Positions 1 through 10,495 of a stretch of DNA of 64,000 nucleotides are shown piece after piece. This DNA is from Pseudomonadota bacterium. GTDB taxonomy: Bacteria > Desulfobacterota > Desulfobacteria > Desulfobacterales > RPRI01. The stretch's first letter is position 1. Every line of letters starts with the position of its first letter. The notes under the pieces were generated by a model. The model did no database searches and was not told the origin of the DNA. It worked only from the letters and a program-made list of their open reading frames with translations. A program made the translations under genes and the position numbers. The stretch lies in the NCBI GenBank assembly GCA_043825875.1, contig JBDRRF010000079.1:32001-96000 (forward strand), given 5' to 3'.

Positions 1-1283
1 AACCTCCCAAAGTGTTGATAAAAGCGTTTCAATGGAAGCCGTGTCGGAAGTACGGAATGCATACAATCGTAGAAACGGTAAGGATCACAAATAAATTTAT
101 TTTTATTGTCATACCATGACTTAGTGCCTGGTGAAGGCGATAGAACAGTAAAAGTAACTTCAGCCGGACATAAGTTTTTAACTTCTTTTTCAAGCCGCTT
201 AAAATCATCAGAAGTAAATTCAGGATGAACTATAAATGCCGCATGAAGCGTTATTCCGATTTGTCTTAAAAGTTCGATTGCCTTCCTGTTTGTATCAACA
301 TCTGTCCGTTTTGAATACTCGTCCAAACGTTTTTTATCCATAGATTCAAGCCCCACATAAACTAATTCAAGACCTGCTTTTTTCCAAAGTTCAATGACTT
401 CAGGATATTTGATTATAGTATCACTTCTTGCCCAGCTTATATATTTCTTTTTAATACCACGCTCTATAAGAAGTTCGGCAATTTTAGTAACTCTTTCAGG
501 ATTTAAAAACATTTCATCATCAACAAAATAAATATGCTCTTCCAAAATGCCTGCTATCTCATCTGCAACATCTTCCGGACTTCGCTGTAAGTATTTACCA
601 TGCATAAGAAAGGGAATAACACAGAAAGAGCAGGCAAAAGCACAGCCAACAGATGTCCTGATACTCGCAACTCTTGGAAACATAGTATCAAGCTTTTTAG
701 ATTGGCTTGATGTCCATACACAAAAGTATTTTGATCTTTGAACAAGATCTCTTCTGGGACGGGGTATATGTTCAACAGATGGATAAACCGGAGGCGGAAG
801 ATTAGCTTTTATCTTAAATTCAGGATCTTTCGGAGATAAAGCATGATTATCATAATGCAATGTTTCACCTTTTTTAAAACGGGCAAGCATTTCTTTTAAA
901 ACCGTTCCACCCTCTCCTCTTACTATAATATCTATCTCTTTTACAGCATAATCATCGGGAAGAAGTGTAGCATGAACTCCTCCTACAAAAGTTATAGTGT
1001 ATGGATCATGGCTTCTAACTGTTTTTGCAAGGCTTTTTACAACATCTAAGTTTGTACTGTATCCAGTAATACCAACCATATCCGGTGAGATAGAAACCAG
1101 CTTGCTCCAAAAAACTTCAAGCGGATTGTGCTCTATACTCAGATCCAGAATAAATACTTCATCTTCTGCCGGAACCCCGCCTGCAACTATTTCAAGCTCA
1201 AGAGGTTCAAGATGCAAAAAACCTTCCTGAAGACGCTTTGCAACCAAAAGCTCTGTATAAGGTTTTACAAGCAGTATTTTCAT
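1..1283 (-). CDS. B12-binding radical SAM protein (partial, runs off left edge)
   Basis: Absent from the ORF track; translated manually from ATG 1283, which overlaps the upstream TGA (ATGA). MKILLVKP...VGGVHATLLP...RGEG (B12 domain), RTSVGCAFACSFC (CxxxCxxC), YFVDD, VGLES. Confidence 0.9.
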   Translation of the reverse strand, partial: MKILLVKPYTELLVAKRLQEGFLHLEPLELEIVAGGVPAEDEVFILDLSIEHNPLEVFWSKLVSISPDMVGITGYSTNLDVVKSLAKTVRSHDPYTITFVGGVHATLLPDDYAVKEIDIIVRGEGGTVLKEMLARFKKGETLHYDNHALSPKDPEFKIKANLPPPVYPSVEHIPRPRRDLVQRSKYFCVWTSSQSKKLDTMFPRVASIRTSVGCAFACSFCVIPFLMHGKYLQRSPEDVADEIAGILEEHIYFVDDEMFLNPERVTKIAELLIERGIKKKYISWARSDTIIKYPEVIELWKKAGLELVYVGLESMDKKRLDEYSKRTDVDTNRKAIELLRQIGITLHAAFIVHPEFTSDDFKRLEKEVKNLCPAEVTFTVLSPSPGTKSWYDNKNKFICDPYRFYDCMHSVLPTRLPLKRFYQHFGR

Positions 1284-2467
1284 AAATTTTTCCCTGACAA
1301 GTCATTAACAGCCGCAAGCCCGGCTTGTTCGCCGGTTGATATGCATGTCCCCATAACCCTTGCTGATCCGAGAGCCTCATGTGATACGGAAATACAGCGC
1401 CCTGCTCCATACAGGTTTTTAATATTTATGGATTTTAAGCACCTCAAAGGAATTTCATAATAATCGCCGGTTTTAATATACTGATAAGTTGGCCCTTTAT
1501 CCTGATCCCATAATTCTATAGGCCAGGCATTTTTTATTACACCATCAGGAAATTTTCTTGCAGAAAGCACATCTTCTTTTGTAAGCATATATTGTCCAAC
1601 CATCCGCAATCCTTCACGTTCGACAATTTCAGAAGACATTTCTGCTATATAAGAGTTTTTAAATGAAACAATTGAATCAGAAATAATATCATGAACTTTA
1701 GCAGCAAGCTTTTGGATATCCTGTGTTTCTTCAAAACCACTTTTAAGAGGAATATTTATAAGACAAAAGCCTTCATCATCATTATTTCCGGAATAATATT
1801 TTGTGTACTTTAAATAAGGGGGAAGTTTCTTTTCGTTTACTTCACGAAATATGTAATAAGGTACTTTTATTGAAATTTCTTCGGATTGGTTTTTTATTCC
1901 TTTAATTTTGAAGCAAAATCCCGCAAGCTGGCGCTTATCAGAAGTTGATATTTCACAATTTGCACCACTTAAACGGATTACTTCTCCATCACCGCTACAG
2001 TCAATAACAACTTGCGGAAAAATCTTTATCTCTTCGTTAAGTTGTTTTGCTATTGCACACTTTATGTCGCTTTGATCAGTTATTACCAAATTAATTTTCG
2101 TTTCATAAAAAACTTTTAGACCTGTTTGTTTTTCAGTTAAAAGCTTAAAAACTTTTACAAGATTTTTTGTAACAAAAGGGAAAACATAAACTTTTCCAAT
2201 CCTGATTGCTTTTGTTCCAGGGGAAAGTTTTTCAAGTTCAATGCATATTTCTTCTGCGATTCCTCCGTTTAATGTAGCCGCCGGAGCATGTAAATCCGAA
2301 GGATACAGGCCACAGATATATTTGTGCATAGCATTAACAGGAATTCCACCAGGAAAGTTATCTTTTTCGATAAGGAGTGTATTTGCCCCTTCACGGGCAG
2401 CCTTGATAGCAGCAGAAATGCCGGCCACACCTGCCCCAACAACAAGAATATCACAGGAAATTGCCAT
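1280..2467 (-). CDS. FAD-dependent oxidoreductase
   Basis: GAGVAG Rossmann motif, IDCSGDG, YEIPLRCL...GAGRCIS...GEQAG. Confidence 0.85.
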   Translation of the reverse strand: MAISCDILVVGAGVAGISAAIKAAREGANTLLIEKDNFPGGIPVNAMHKYICGLYPSDLHAPAATLNGGIAEEICIELEKLSPGTKAIRIGKVYVFPFVTKNLVKVFKLLTEKQTGLKVFYETKINLVITDQSDIKCAIAKQLNEEIKIFPQVVIDCSGDGEVIRLSGANCEISTSDKRQLAGFCFKIKGIKNQSEEISIKVPYYIFREVNEKKLPPYLKYTKYYSGNNDDEGFCLINIPLKSGFEETQDIQKLAAKVHDIISDSIVSFKNSYIAEMSSEIVEREGLRMVGQYMLTKEDVLSARKFPDGVIKNAWPIELWDQDKGPTYQYIKTGDYYEIPLRCLKSINIKNLYGAGRCISVSHEALGSARVMGTCISTGEQAGLAAVNDLSGKNL

Positions 2468-2470
2468 TGC

Positions 2471-3790
2471 TTATTTTACACCAAGCATGGATCTTAGTAA
2501 ATTCATTATCTCTTCTGCTTCATCGTTTTTCAATATGCCGTCTATGTAAGAAAGTATTATATTCAGCCTTTCATTTGACCGTTGAAAAAATATGCCGATG
2601 CCGGGTGGAATCGGAACTCTTGGCATATGAAACAGGTTAAGCACTTTGCTCGCCATAAAATCATCAGATGTATATATAGCTTCTCCAAGATAAGAAAAGC
2701 TAAAAGAGGCAACCTCTCCTTTTAAATATATTTTCATAAGCCTGCCAAGAAGAAAAAGCGGTGCTATTCTCATCAATAGACTTGCCTTGCATAAATCACC
2801 GGGAAGATCTTCTTTAACTTGATTATACATTTGCTCTTTAATTGAGTTAAGCAAACCGGGGAAATTTTCGGCAAGATCGGCTTTAATCTTGAAAATGAAA
2901 AAAGAAACATTATTAAAAAATTCACTTTTTTGTTCTTTTGCCTGTTTTTTTATATTAACTGAAACAGGAATTACATAGTCACCGGATGTAATTGATCGAT
3001 TTATAAATATCTTATTAAAGCAATAAACCGACACCGCCAGAGCGTATGGCATCAGCATAAGATAACCGGCTTCATTAAATGCTTTTTCAGCAATTTCATC
3101 AGCAGTTTGTTTATCAAAGGATAAAATTTTAAATTTAAAGCCGTTTTTTGAGGCAGGCAGAGGAAACACACGCGGAGGAATTTTGTCTGCTATTTTAAGA
3201 AATGCCCGATTCACACGCTGACCTGCCAAAAATTTTTGTTTCCACAAACTAAGATGGGGCGGCTCCGGGATAATATTGCTATCCGGATATTTTGCATCTA
3301 TCCATTGTTTTTGAAACAATTGGATAAATGCTTCAGCATTTGCTGCATCAAAAATCAGATGATCAAATCTCATCGCAATATAGCTTTTGTTTTCAGAATT
3401 GATCAAAGAAAATGCTAAATGATGCCTTTTGTCTTGAAACGCAGTATTTATCTTTTTTTCAAGAAACTCTATGATATTTTCAAAACCATCATCATATCCG
3501 GCCGTAATGAAATCAAACAGTACTTCTGTCTTTTTTAAAGCCGGGATTTTCCAGTAAGGAGCAAGGTTAATATCCCTTGAAGCATAACCATATAATACAG
3601 GATATTTTTTTATAAAAGCATTTAGACTTTTAAAAAGCTCATCAACATTTACTTTGCCAACTACCTCTATAACTATCTGAGACATAAAGCCTGCGCCGGT
3701 TTCTTTCAATGTCATGTAATTTAATACATGAATAATCCAGTCGATTCCGGTTAAATAACGCTTGGTTTTGGAATATGGCAAAGATAACAT
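2471..3790 (-). CDS. condensation-domain-like / CoA-dependent acyltransferase-fold protein
   Basis: FDHLIFDA resembles the HHxxxDG motif; 439 aa; next to a carrier protein. Confidence 0.55.
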   Translation of the reverse strand: MLSLPYSKTKRYLTGIDWIIHVLNYMTLKETGAGFMSQIVIEVVGKVNVDELFKSLNAFIKKYPVLYGYASRDINLAPYWKIPALKKTEVLFDFITAGYDDGFENIIEFLEKKINTAFQDKRHHLAFSLINSENKSYIAMRFDHLIFDAANAEAFIQLFQKQWIDAKYPDSNIIPEPPHLSLWKQKFLAGQRVNRAFLKIADKIPPRVFPLPASKNGFKFKILSFDKQTADEIAEKAFNEAGYLMLMPYALAVSVYCFNKIFINRSITSGDYVIPVSVNIKKQAKEQKSEFFNNVSFFIFKIKADLAENFPGLLNSIKEQMYNQVKEDLPGDLCKASLLMRIAPLFLLGRLMKIYLKGEVASFSFSYLGEAIYTSDDFMASKVLNLFHMPRVPIPPGIGIFFQRSNERLNIILSYIDGILKNDEAEEIMNLLRSMLGVK

Positions 3791-3795
3791 TTAAG

Positions 3796-4047
3796 TTAAA
3801 TTAATTCTTTTATTTTCAAAGAAAGAGCCTTGATAGTCTTAAAATCGTTTTTGGTTAATCCGGATTCCATCAGCTTGATATTGAATTTATTTTCCATAAT
3901 AACAAGAAGCTCAACAAAACCGAGAGAATCAAGACCCATCTCATGTAAAGGGGTTTCAGGATCAATTGCGCCAATATCTTGCGATAAAATTGCTGCGATC
4001 TCAAGTTTTAGCGCTTCTTCGATAACTTTATATTTTTCTTTGTCCAT
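3796..4047 (-). CDS. acyl/peptidyl carrier protein
   Basis: 83 aa with the GLDSL phosphopantetheine motif. Confidence 0.9.
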   Translation of the reverse strand: MDKEKYKVIEEALKLEIAAILSQDIGAIDPETPLHEMGLDSLGFVELLVIMENKFNIKLMESGLTKNDFKTIKALSLKIKELI

Positions 4048-4070
4048 ATCAATAATTCTTCCAGACTTTT

Positions 4071-4790
4071 TTATTCTTCATCAATGTCATCATCTTCATC
4101 AGCAGCATCAGCATCTTTTGTATTAGGTTGTTTCTTCTGCTTTTTTGCTTTTAGTTCATCTTTTTTTACGCCACCGATTTTTTTAACATCAGGTTTGATA
4201 AATCCAGGGTGTGGAATAGGCCCTATAGTCTCTATTTTAAAAACTTTATCATTTTTGAAAAACACATTAACCTTATGCATGCGCGCATACCAATAGCGCC
4301 AGGCATCACTTGATAATTGGGGTGTTTTATGGGTAGGAGGATATCCATAGGCCATTATAACCGCCTTCTTGCTCATGCCTATAGTAATAATACCTTTTTT
4401 AATATTTTCGATATCGGCTACAGATGCCTTATTATAATCACCGGCACTGAGGTTAATCTGTTTTAAAGAAAAATACCTGTTAAACAGTTTATCAGTACTT
4501 ATAGTACTTGTATTTTTTTGGTTTATAATTGTAAAAAGCTGCCCGCTTCCTTCAGGGGTAAATTGAATTTTGTGGTCTTTTATGCTGTGGATTTTAGCTT
4601 TTGTTCCTATAGGTAAAATATTACCCCTGTGATAATTTGTCGATAAGATCCTGTTGGGTCTTTCATACCAGATATTTACTTTTGTATAATAAGTTTTTCC
4701 TTCAAAGCCTGCTGCAAACAATGAGGAGTAAGTAAAAATTAAAAAAATCCCAAGAATAAGGCCTGCTAGATATTTTCTTTTTACATTCAT
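4071..4790 (-). CDS. exported hypothetical protein with SmpA/BamE-like segment and acidic tail
   Basis: N-terminal signal peptide; IGMSKKAVIMAYGYP...WRYW; GGAG RBS. Confidence 0.6.
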   Translation of the reverse strand: MNVKRKYLAGLILGIFLIFTYSSLFAAGFEGKTYYTKVNIWYERPNRILSTNYHRGNILPIGTKAKIHSIKDHKIQFTPEGSGQLFTIINQKNTSTISTDKLFNRYFSLKQINLSAGDYNKASVADIENIKKGIITIGMSKKAVIMAYGYPPTHKTPQLSSDAWRYWYARMHKVNVFFKNDKVFKIETIGPIPHPGFIKPDVKKIGGVKKDELKAKKQKKQPNTKDADAADEDDDIDEE

Positions 4791-4800
4791 GGCATCTCCT

Positions 4801-5844
4801 TTATTTTTTTATATTGATTATCGAATATTTATCAGACCGGCATATTTTGATACAATTTATTTCGTTTATTTTTTCATCTTGTATCGTAGAGCATAAATTT
4901 ATATTTGTATTATTATCCAAAACAGGGCACTTGTAGAAAAGCTGATTTCTTAGCATCAGACAAGCAGCCGCAAAATTAAATGCGCTTCCTATTATCATAC
5001 TCCCGAAAACAGGCGAATATCCGGATATCGGCAAACCATTATTTGATATTTCTTCATAGCCTGATTCATCACCGGCCATGCCGTCAGCATCAATAATTAT
5101 AATATCAGGATTATTCTTTAATGCCTTTGAAAAAGAAATTTGAGAAACATTACCATAATTATTCTCACATTTTTCTTTAGATAACATTAAAAAAACTGAG
5201 CCTTCGCCCAAAACAGAAACAGGAGAATCCGAAAACATGAATGGCTTTATTTTTCCATCTGCTGCTGTTTTCAGTTTTATCTTGCAGGCATATTCCATAA
5301 CTGCGCTTAATTCATCAACACATCCACATAAAACATGTTCGCATCTATCTTCTTTAAGCCATGCATCGGCAAGAAGCAAAGCATTTTGAAACGGAGATGA
5401 AAAATCCGTAATTGTTACTGTCGGGCCCCGGCTTTCAAGAACAGTTGAAATATAAGAAACAGCAGCATTATGCACAGAGTTTGAAAATTTCGTTGGCGAT
5501 ACATTCGCATCTCCATAATCAAGTATATCATCAATAAAGCTGAATGTTGTTGTATGAGGGCCAAAAGCTGTAGCAAGTACTACTCCAAGCTTTTCATCAT
5601 TATTTAATGTTAAGCCACTGTCTTTGTATGCATCAACAGCTGACAGAACAGCCATTTTGCTGAACTTATCCGCCCTTCTTAGCTTTTTTGATAAAGTTTT
5701 GTCAGATAAAATATCTTTCGATACACGATATGCCGGAAACGAATCTGTCCAAAAAGGGTCTGCCCAACCTTGTTGTAAGGCGTTTTCAAAGCAATCGATA
5801 CCGCGACCGCGTGTAAAAACTATTCCAATTCCGGAAATATACAT
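4801..5844 (-). CDS. beta-ketoacyl synthase chain-length-factor-like protein
   Basis: KS N-terminal fold (LRRADKFSKMA, SPTKFSNSVHN); no catalytic Cys/His/His; follows an active KS. Confidence 0.8.
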   Translation of the reverse strand: MYISGIGIVFTRGRGIDCFENALQQGWADPFWTDSFPAYRVSKDILSDKTLSKKLRRADKFSKMAVLSAVDAYKDSGLTLNNDEKLGVVLATAFGPHTTTFSFIDDILDYGDANVSPTKFSNSVHNAAVSYISTVLESRGPTVTITDFSSPFQNALLLADAWLKEDRCEHVLCGCVDELSAVMEYACKIKLKTAADGKIKPFMFSDSPVSVLGEGSVFLMLSKEKCENNYGNVSQISFSKALKNNPDIIIIDADGMAGDESGYEEISNNGLPISGYSPVFGSMIIGSAFNFAAACLMLRNQLFYKCPVLDNNTNINLCSTIQDEKINEINCIKICRSDKYSIINIKK

Positions 5845-5861
5845 ATCAAAACCAATTCTAT

Positions 5862-7025
5862 CTAAACTTTTTCAACAACAATCGCAGCATTATTTCCCCC
5901 AAAAGCAAGAGAAGTCGATACTGCATAAGAACCGCTTATATTTGTATTAACAGTAACAGGGTTAATAGGTATTTCATCACCTTTGGATATAAAGCCTGCG
6001 CTTGCAGGTATCCATTCCTGTTTAAGCGCTGCCGCAGTATAAGCAGCTTCAATACCTCCTGCACCCCCAAGCGTATGCCCTGTATATCCCTTTGTTGAAA
6101 AATATCTTATATTTTGCCCGAATATTCTCGATAATACTGCACTCTCCACTTTATCATTATCTATAGTACCTGTACCATGTGCATTTACAAAACAAACATC
6201 TTTTGCAGATATACCGGAATCTGACAAGGCTTTTTTTATTGCCGATTCAAGCCCTTTACCATCCGGCCGCGGTGCGGTAAGATGATATGAATCAGCAGCA
6301 GATCCATATCCCGAAAGATATAAAAGCGGGGTACCTCCTCTTTTTATATAAACATCTTCTCTTTCAAGAATAAGTATCCCTGCCCCTTCTCCCAGATTAA
6401 GGCCTGTCCTGTCTTTATCAAAAGGGGCACACAAAGAATTACTCAATATCCCTAAAGATCCGAATCCGCAATAAGGAACACGATTAAGTTCATCTGCTCC
6501 TCCGGCAATAACCATATCACAAATACCGGACCTTAGCCATAAAAGAGCTATACCTATTGCATCAGTGCCTGATGAGCATGCGTTTGCAACCGTAACTGAC
6601 GGTCCGGTTGCTTTTATCAAATGTGCAAGAGCTTCGGAAAGATTACCGCGTAAAAAGCGATCAACCGCCTTTAAGTCGGCATTACCAAATTTACGGAAAG
6701 TACTGTAAAAATCAATATCATTAAGTTGGCTTGCGACTGTTGTCCCCAGGCAAACACCAACATTAAATCCTGAAAGCGGCATTGAAAGTTTTGCATCACT
6801 AAAAGCCTCTTTTGCAGCAGTAAGAGCAAGATAGAAAGTGCGTATTCCTTCCATTTCCTTTTTTTCAGGAAGGTTTTTTACTTCAAAAACAGGATAGGCC
6901 AAGACATTTTGAAAAAGAGAAACCAATCCCGCGTTTCTTTTGCCGTTTTTCATAGAATTGAGGTTTTCTTCCAAATTAAAACCTGCAGCTGAAATTGTTC
7001 CTATCCCGGATATTACTACTTTCAT
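5862..7025 (-). CDS. beta-ketoacyl-ACP synthase
   Basis: NACSSG, AHGTGT, GHTLG, AFGGNN. Confidence 0.93.
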   Translation of the reverse strand: MKVVISGIGTISAAGFNLEENLNSMKNGKRNAGLVSLFQNVLAYPVFEVKNLPEKKEMEGIRTFYLALTAAKEAFSDAKLSMPLSGFNVGVCLGTTVASQLNDIDFYSTFRKFGNADLKAVDRFLRGNLSEALAHLIKATGPSVTVANACSSGTDAIGIALLWLRSGICDMVIAGGADELNRVPYCGFGSLGILSNSLCAPFDKDRTGLNLGEGAGILILEREDVYIKRGGTPLLYLSGYGSAADSYHLTAPRPDGKGLESAIKKALSDSGISAKDVCFVNAHGTGTIDNDKVESAVLSRIFGQNIRYFSTKGYTGHTLGGAGGIEAAYTAAALKQEWIPASAGFISKGDEIPINPVTVNTNISGSYAVSTSLAFGGNNAAIVVEKV

Positions 7026-7058
7026 AAATGATAATATATATTTTTATCTAAATGATTA

Positions 7059-7340
7059 TCAGGTTCTGGTGTTTTCATATACATATTTGGCAAGAGTATT
7101 TATAGAATAAAATATCTCTTTCCCCTGGTTCATATCTTTTACTTCAAGACCGAAGTTTCTCTGAAGCAGTACTACTATCTCGACAGCATCCAAAGAATCG
7201 AGACCAAGCCCTTCTCCAAAAAGGATTTCATCATCACCAATATCATCCGGCTCAATATCTTCTAACGAAAGGCTTTCAATCAACAGCTCTTTGAGCAGCT
7301 TTCTGATATCATCCAGATTCATTTTTTTAACTTCTTCCAT
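7059..7340 (-). CDS. acyl carrier protein
   Basis: LFGEGLGLDSLDAVE; start moved to ATG 7340, which follows AAGGAG. Confidence 0.9.
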   Translation of the reverse strand: MEEVKKMNLDDIRKLLKELLIESLSLEDIEPDDIGDDEILFGEGLGLDSLDAVEIVVLLQRNFGLEVKDMNQGKEIFYSINTLAKYVYENTRT

Positions 7341-7458
7341 CAACCATTCTCCTTCATTACCTTTCACAGCATTTGAATGCATCTTCTAACTGAATATGAA
7401 ACAAAAACACCAATACTTAAAACCCTATTTAATATTTGAAAGTGGCTCTAAGATTCCA

Positions 7459-8382
7459 TTATTCATCTTTCCATATATCATGAAAAAGAAAACACTGATA
7501 CGGATATCTGTTTGCAAATTCCTCCAATATATTGGCATATTGCTGTAGCCAGGGCACAAGCTCAATATCCTTTTTTCTCCTGCTGCATTGCGGATATAGA
7601 ACATTTGTCACATCAACAACATATTCATGAGCTGTGTTTTTTGCAGCAAGCAGTACCACAACCGGACATTTCGCCGATGCTGCTATAGCAAAAGCACTAT
7701 ATGGGAAATATGCATAATCGCCTAAAAAGTTTACTTTAGATGCTTTGGAGCCGTATCTCCTGTCTCCCATTATTGAAACAATATGCCCTTTTGAAAGAGC
7801 ATTCACAATTTCAATCACTCCGCCAAACTCCTGTTCGGGTGATATTATGTTTATGTCTCCTTTTTCATTTCCTACATTAAGAAAATCCCTAACTGCCTGA
7901 TTGTCTTCTTCCCGCATAAGAAGAAATACTTTTTTATCAAGTTTGTTAAGAGCTGTTAGCGCTATCTGCCAATTTCCGAAATGAGACGTAAGTAAAATTA
8001 AACCTTTTTCCGACTCTTGTATAATATTTTTAAGTTTTTCATAACCATTAAGTTTTAAATCAAAAACATCCTTCTTAGAGCAAATAACGGAAAAACGGTC
8101 AATAAGCTGCCTGCCCTGACTTATAAAAAGTCTGTAAATATGAAGATATTTTTTAAAATACCCGCTTTGCGGAAATCTCTTTTCTATATATGGCTTTGCG
8201 GAATATACAGCCTCTTTGTCAAAAATAATATAGTAAAGAGATACAATATACAAAAAGCCGTATGCTCCATAAAGTCCGGAAATACGGATAAACATCTCAA
8301 AAAACCAAAAGCCTAATCTGTTTCCTCTTTTTCTGGTTGCTGGCTTATCAATGTTATTTGTTTTTTGCCGATCCATTTTCAT
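7459..8382 (-). CDS. LpxL/lysophospholipid acyltransferase family protein
   Basis: LTSHFGNWQ, IMGDR, YPYQCFLFHDIW. Confidence 0.85.
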   Translation of the reverse strand: MKMDRQKTNNIDKPATRKRGNRLGFWFFEMFIRISGLYGAYGFLYIVSLYYIIFDKEAVYSAKPYIEKRFPQSGYFKKYLHIYRLFISQGRQLIDRFSVICSKKDVFDLKLNGYEKLKNIIQESEKGLILLTSHFGNWQIALTALNKLDKKVFLLMREEDNQAVRDFLNVGNEKGDINIISPEQEFGGVIEIVNALSKGHIVSIMGDRRYGSKASKVNFLGDYAYFPYSAFAIAASAKCPVVVLLAAKNTAHEYVVDVTNVLYPQCSRRKKDIELVPWLQQYANILEEFANRYPYQCFLFHDIWKDE

Positions 8383-8388
8383 ACTGTC

Positions 8389-9135
8389 TTATAAAGGCGA
8401 TACCATCTTTTTTTTAAATAAGACAAGTTGCATAATACGTTTACCGACAAGTCTTGTATGCATAAGTGATATACGCACATTATCCAAAAATGGTTTAAAT
8501 GCCGATACTCTTTCTTTTGGCTCAGGATACCAAACGCCTATATCTACTGTCTTTAATTTAAGGCCTGCCCATACAGCTCTTGCAAGAACTTCAGCTTCGA
8601 AATCATAATGTGAGCCATAACATTTAATTTTAGATACATACTTTACCGGATATGCCCTGAAACCGCTCTGACAGTCATTAATCGTGACGCCTGTTTCCAC
8701 TTGCAACCAGAACGATGCAAATTTTCTTCCAAAACGGCTTGATCCCGGTACGTTCTTAATATCAAAATCTCTGCAACCCACAATAATACTGGTTTCATTA
8801 TCTTGTAAAAGTGGTATAAATTTTTTTAAATCTTCAGGATAATGCTGGCCATCAGCATCTATTGTTACCATAAAAAGACCGTCTTGTTCTGCTATGTATT
8901 TCATAGCAGTAATTATGGCCTCTCCTTTTCCCCTGTTTTTATCATGTCTTATTACTTTAATTTTTGTTTCTGCAAACATTTTGACAATATCTGCATCAGT
9001 ACTTCCATCATCAACAACAAGAATATTTTTTAAGTATAAACTGCATTGATCGGCAATATTTTCAACCGTAAGGCAATTGTTATAAACCGGAATTACGCAC
9101 CAGATCCGGTCTGATCTAAAATCACTTTCCTGCAT
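8389..9135 (-). CDS. glycosyltransferase family 2
   Basis: VIPVYN, VDDGSTD, NRGKG, DADGQH, DCQSGFRAY. Confidence 0.92.
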   Translation of the reverse strand: MQESDFRSDRIWCVIPVYNNCLTVENIADQCSLYLKNILVVDDGSTDADIVKMFAETKIKVIRHDKNRGKGEAIITAMKYIAEQDGLFMVTIDADGQHYPEDLKKFIPLLQDNETSIIVGCRDFDIKNVPGSSRFGRKFASFWLQVETGVTINDCQSGFRAYPVKYVSKIKCYGSHYDFEAEVLARAVWAGLKLKTVDIGVWYPEPKERVSAFKPFLDNVRISLMHTRLVGKRIMQLVLFKKKMVSPL

Positions 9136-10495
9136 GAAGTCTATGCTTTCTTAGTTTTTTCTCGGATGGAACAAGCATATCCCACAATGATCCGGAATAA
9201 CCAAGCTTGTGCAAAAACTGCAAGCTTCCGTCCATGGCATCCGGAGGAAATACACAAGTCCTGATGCCGGAAAAGCCATCTGTCAGAGTCTTTTCAAGCC
9301 ATTGCCTTTCAATTCCTGGAGCAATATAATACACCGATTCAAGAAGAGAATCATCTTTTGAAACAAGCCCTTCTTCAATCGCAATTTTATGCAGTATAGT
9401 ATTCGGAAGTATCCGTATTCCCATAAAAATAAATGATGCCGTTTTCTTAAGACTTTTTATATTCTCAAGACCCTCAATCACCGTATCCTTGGTTTCTCCC
9501 GGACAGCCAAACATGTAAAAATGTGCTGTTGCCACTTTATGCCTTGCAAAAAGATCATTGCATTCAGCAATATCTTTAAACAAAAATGATTTCCCAAGCC
9601 TTTTTAATGTTGTATCAGTTGATGCGTCTGCTCCTATCTCAACTGCTTTAAGCCCAGTCTCTTTCATAAGCAAAATATCTTTATCTTTTAATCCTTCCGG
9701 TTTAAAAAATGCCGTCCATGGTATATTGATATTTCTCTTCTTCATTTCATGGATAACATCCAGATAGGCACCATCATCATCATTAAATACCGAATCAGTA
9801 AAAAAAATATAACTGGCCTTATGATCATTTATCAAAAGCTCTATATCATCTGCTACCGATACCGGATCACGCATACGAATGGCAGGACCCTCCAAAAGAG
9901 GGTAAGAGCAGTAAATGCATTTATGATTACATCCCCGTTTTGTTTGAACAGAGGCTATATTTCCGCTTTTTAGATAAAACTGCATGATATCCGGATCGTA
10001 GCAGGTGAATGGTATTTCTTTTCCGCTCATAAATTTTGATGCCCGGATGCAGCGTTTTTCCGGATAACTTCCCTTTTGTGCATTATCAGCAAATTGAACC
10101 ATCAGGGCTTCGCCTTCTCCCACTATTCCATAATCTGCACCTACTTTACTTAAAATTGCTTCCGGCATAATTGAAAACCCTGATCCGCCCATAACAACAG
10201 GAACTCCCGTTAGATTGTGGACTCTTTTGACAATCTGTTCTACTGCATCAACATAACGCTGTTCATTTAATAGGTTTACATTATCTATGTTTCTCATTGA
10301 AATTCCGACAAGATCAGGAGTAAATGACCGGATTTCGTTTTCAATCAATTCCAAAGACATATTGCTTTGAAGAAAATCGATTTGACGCACTTTGTGGCCG
10401 GCATTCTTTAATGCCGAAGCAACCATGCCAAGTCCTAATGGATAAACATAATATGGCGTACTTGCTACATTTGCGCTTATCAATAGTATCTTCAT
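9122..10495 (-). CDS. lipid biosynthesis B12-binding/radical SAM protein (TIGR04072-like)
   Basis: MKILLISAN..YPLGL, RNIDNVN, VQTKRGCNHKCIYC, FFTDSVFN. Confidence 0.85.
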   Translation of the reverse strand: MKILLISANVASTPYYVYPLGLGMVASALKNAGHKVRQIDFLQSNMSLELIENEIRSFTPDLVGISMRNIDNVNLLNEQRYVDAVEQIVKRVHNLTGVPVVMGGSGFSIMPEAILSKVGADYGIVGEGEALMVQFADNAQKGSYPEKRCIRASKFMSGKEIPFTCYDPDIMQFYLKSGNIASVQTKRGCNHKCIYCSYPLLEGPAIRMRDPVSVADDIELLINDHKASYIFFTDSVFNDDDGAYLDVIHEMKKRNINIPWTAFFKPEGLKDKDILLMKETGLKAVEIGADASTDTTLKRLGKSFLFKDIAECNDLFARHKVATAHFYMFGCPGETKDTVIEGLENIKSLKKTASFIFMGIRILPNTILHKIAIEEGLVSKDDSLLESVYYIAPGIERQWLEKTLTDGFSGIRTCVFPPDAMDGSLQFLHKLGYSGSLWDMLVPSEKKLRKHRLHAGK

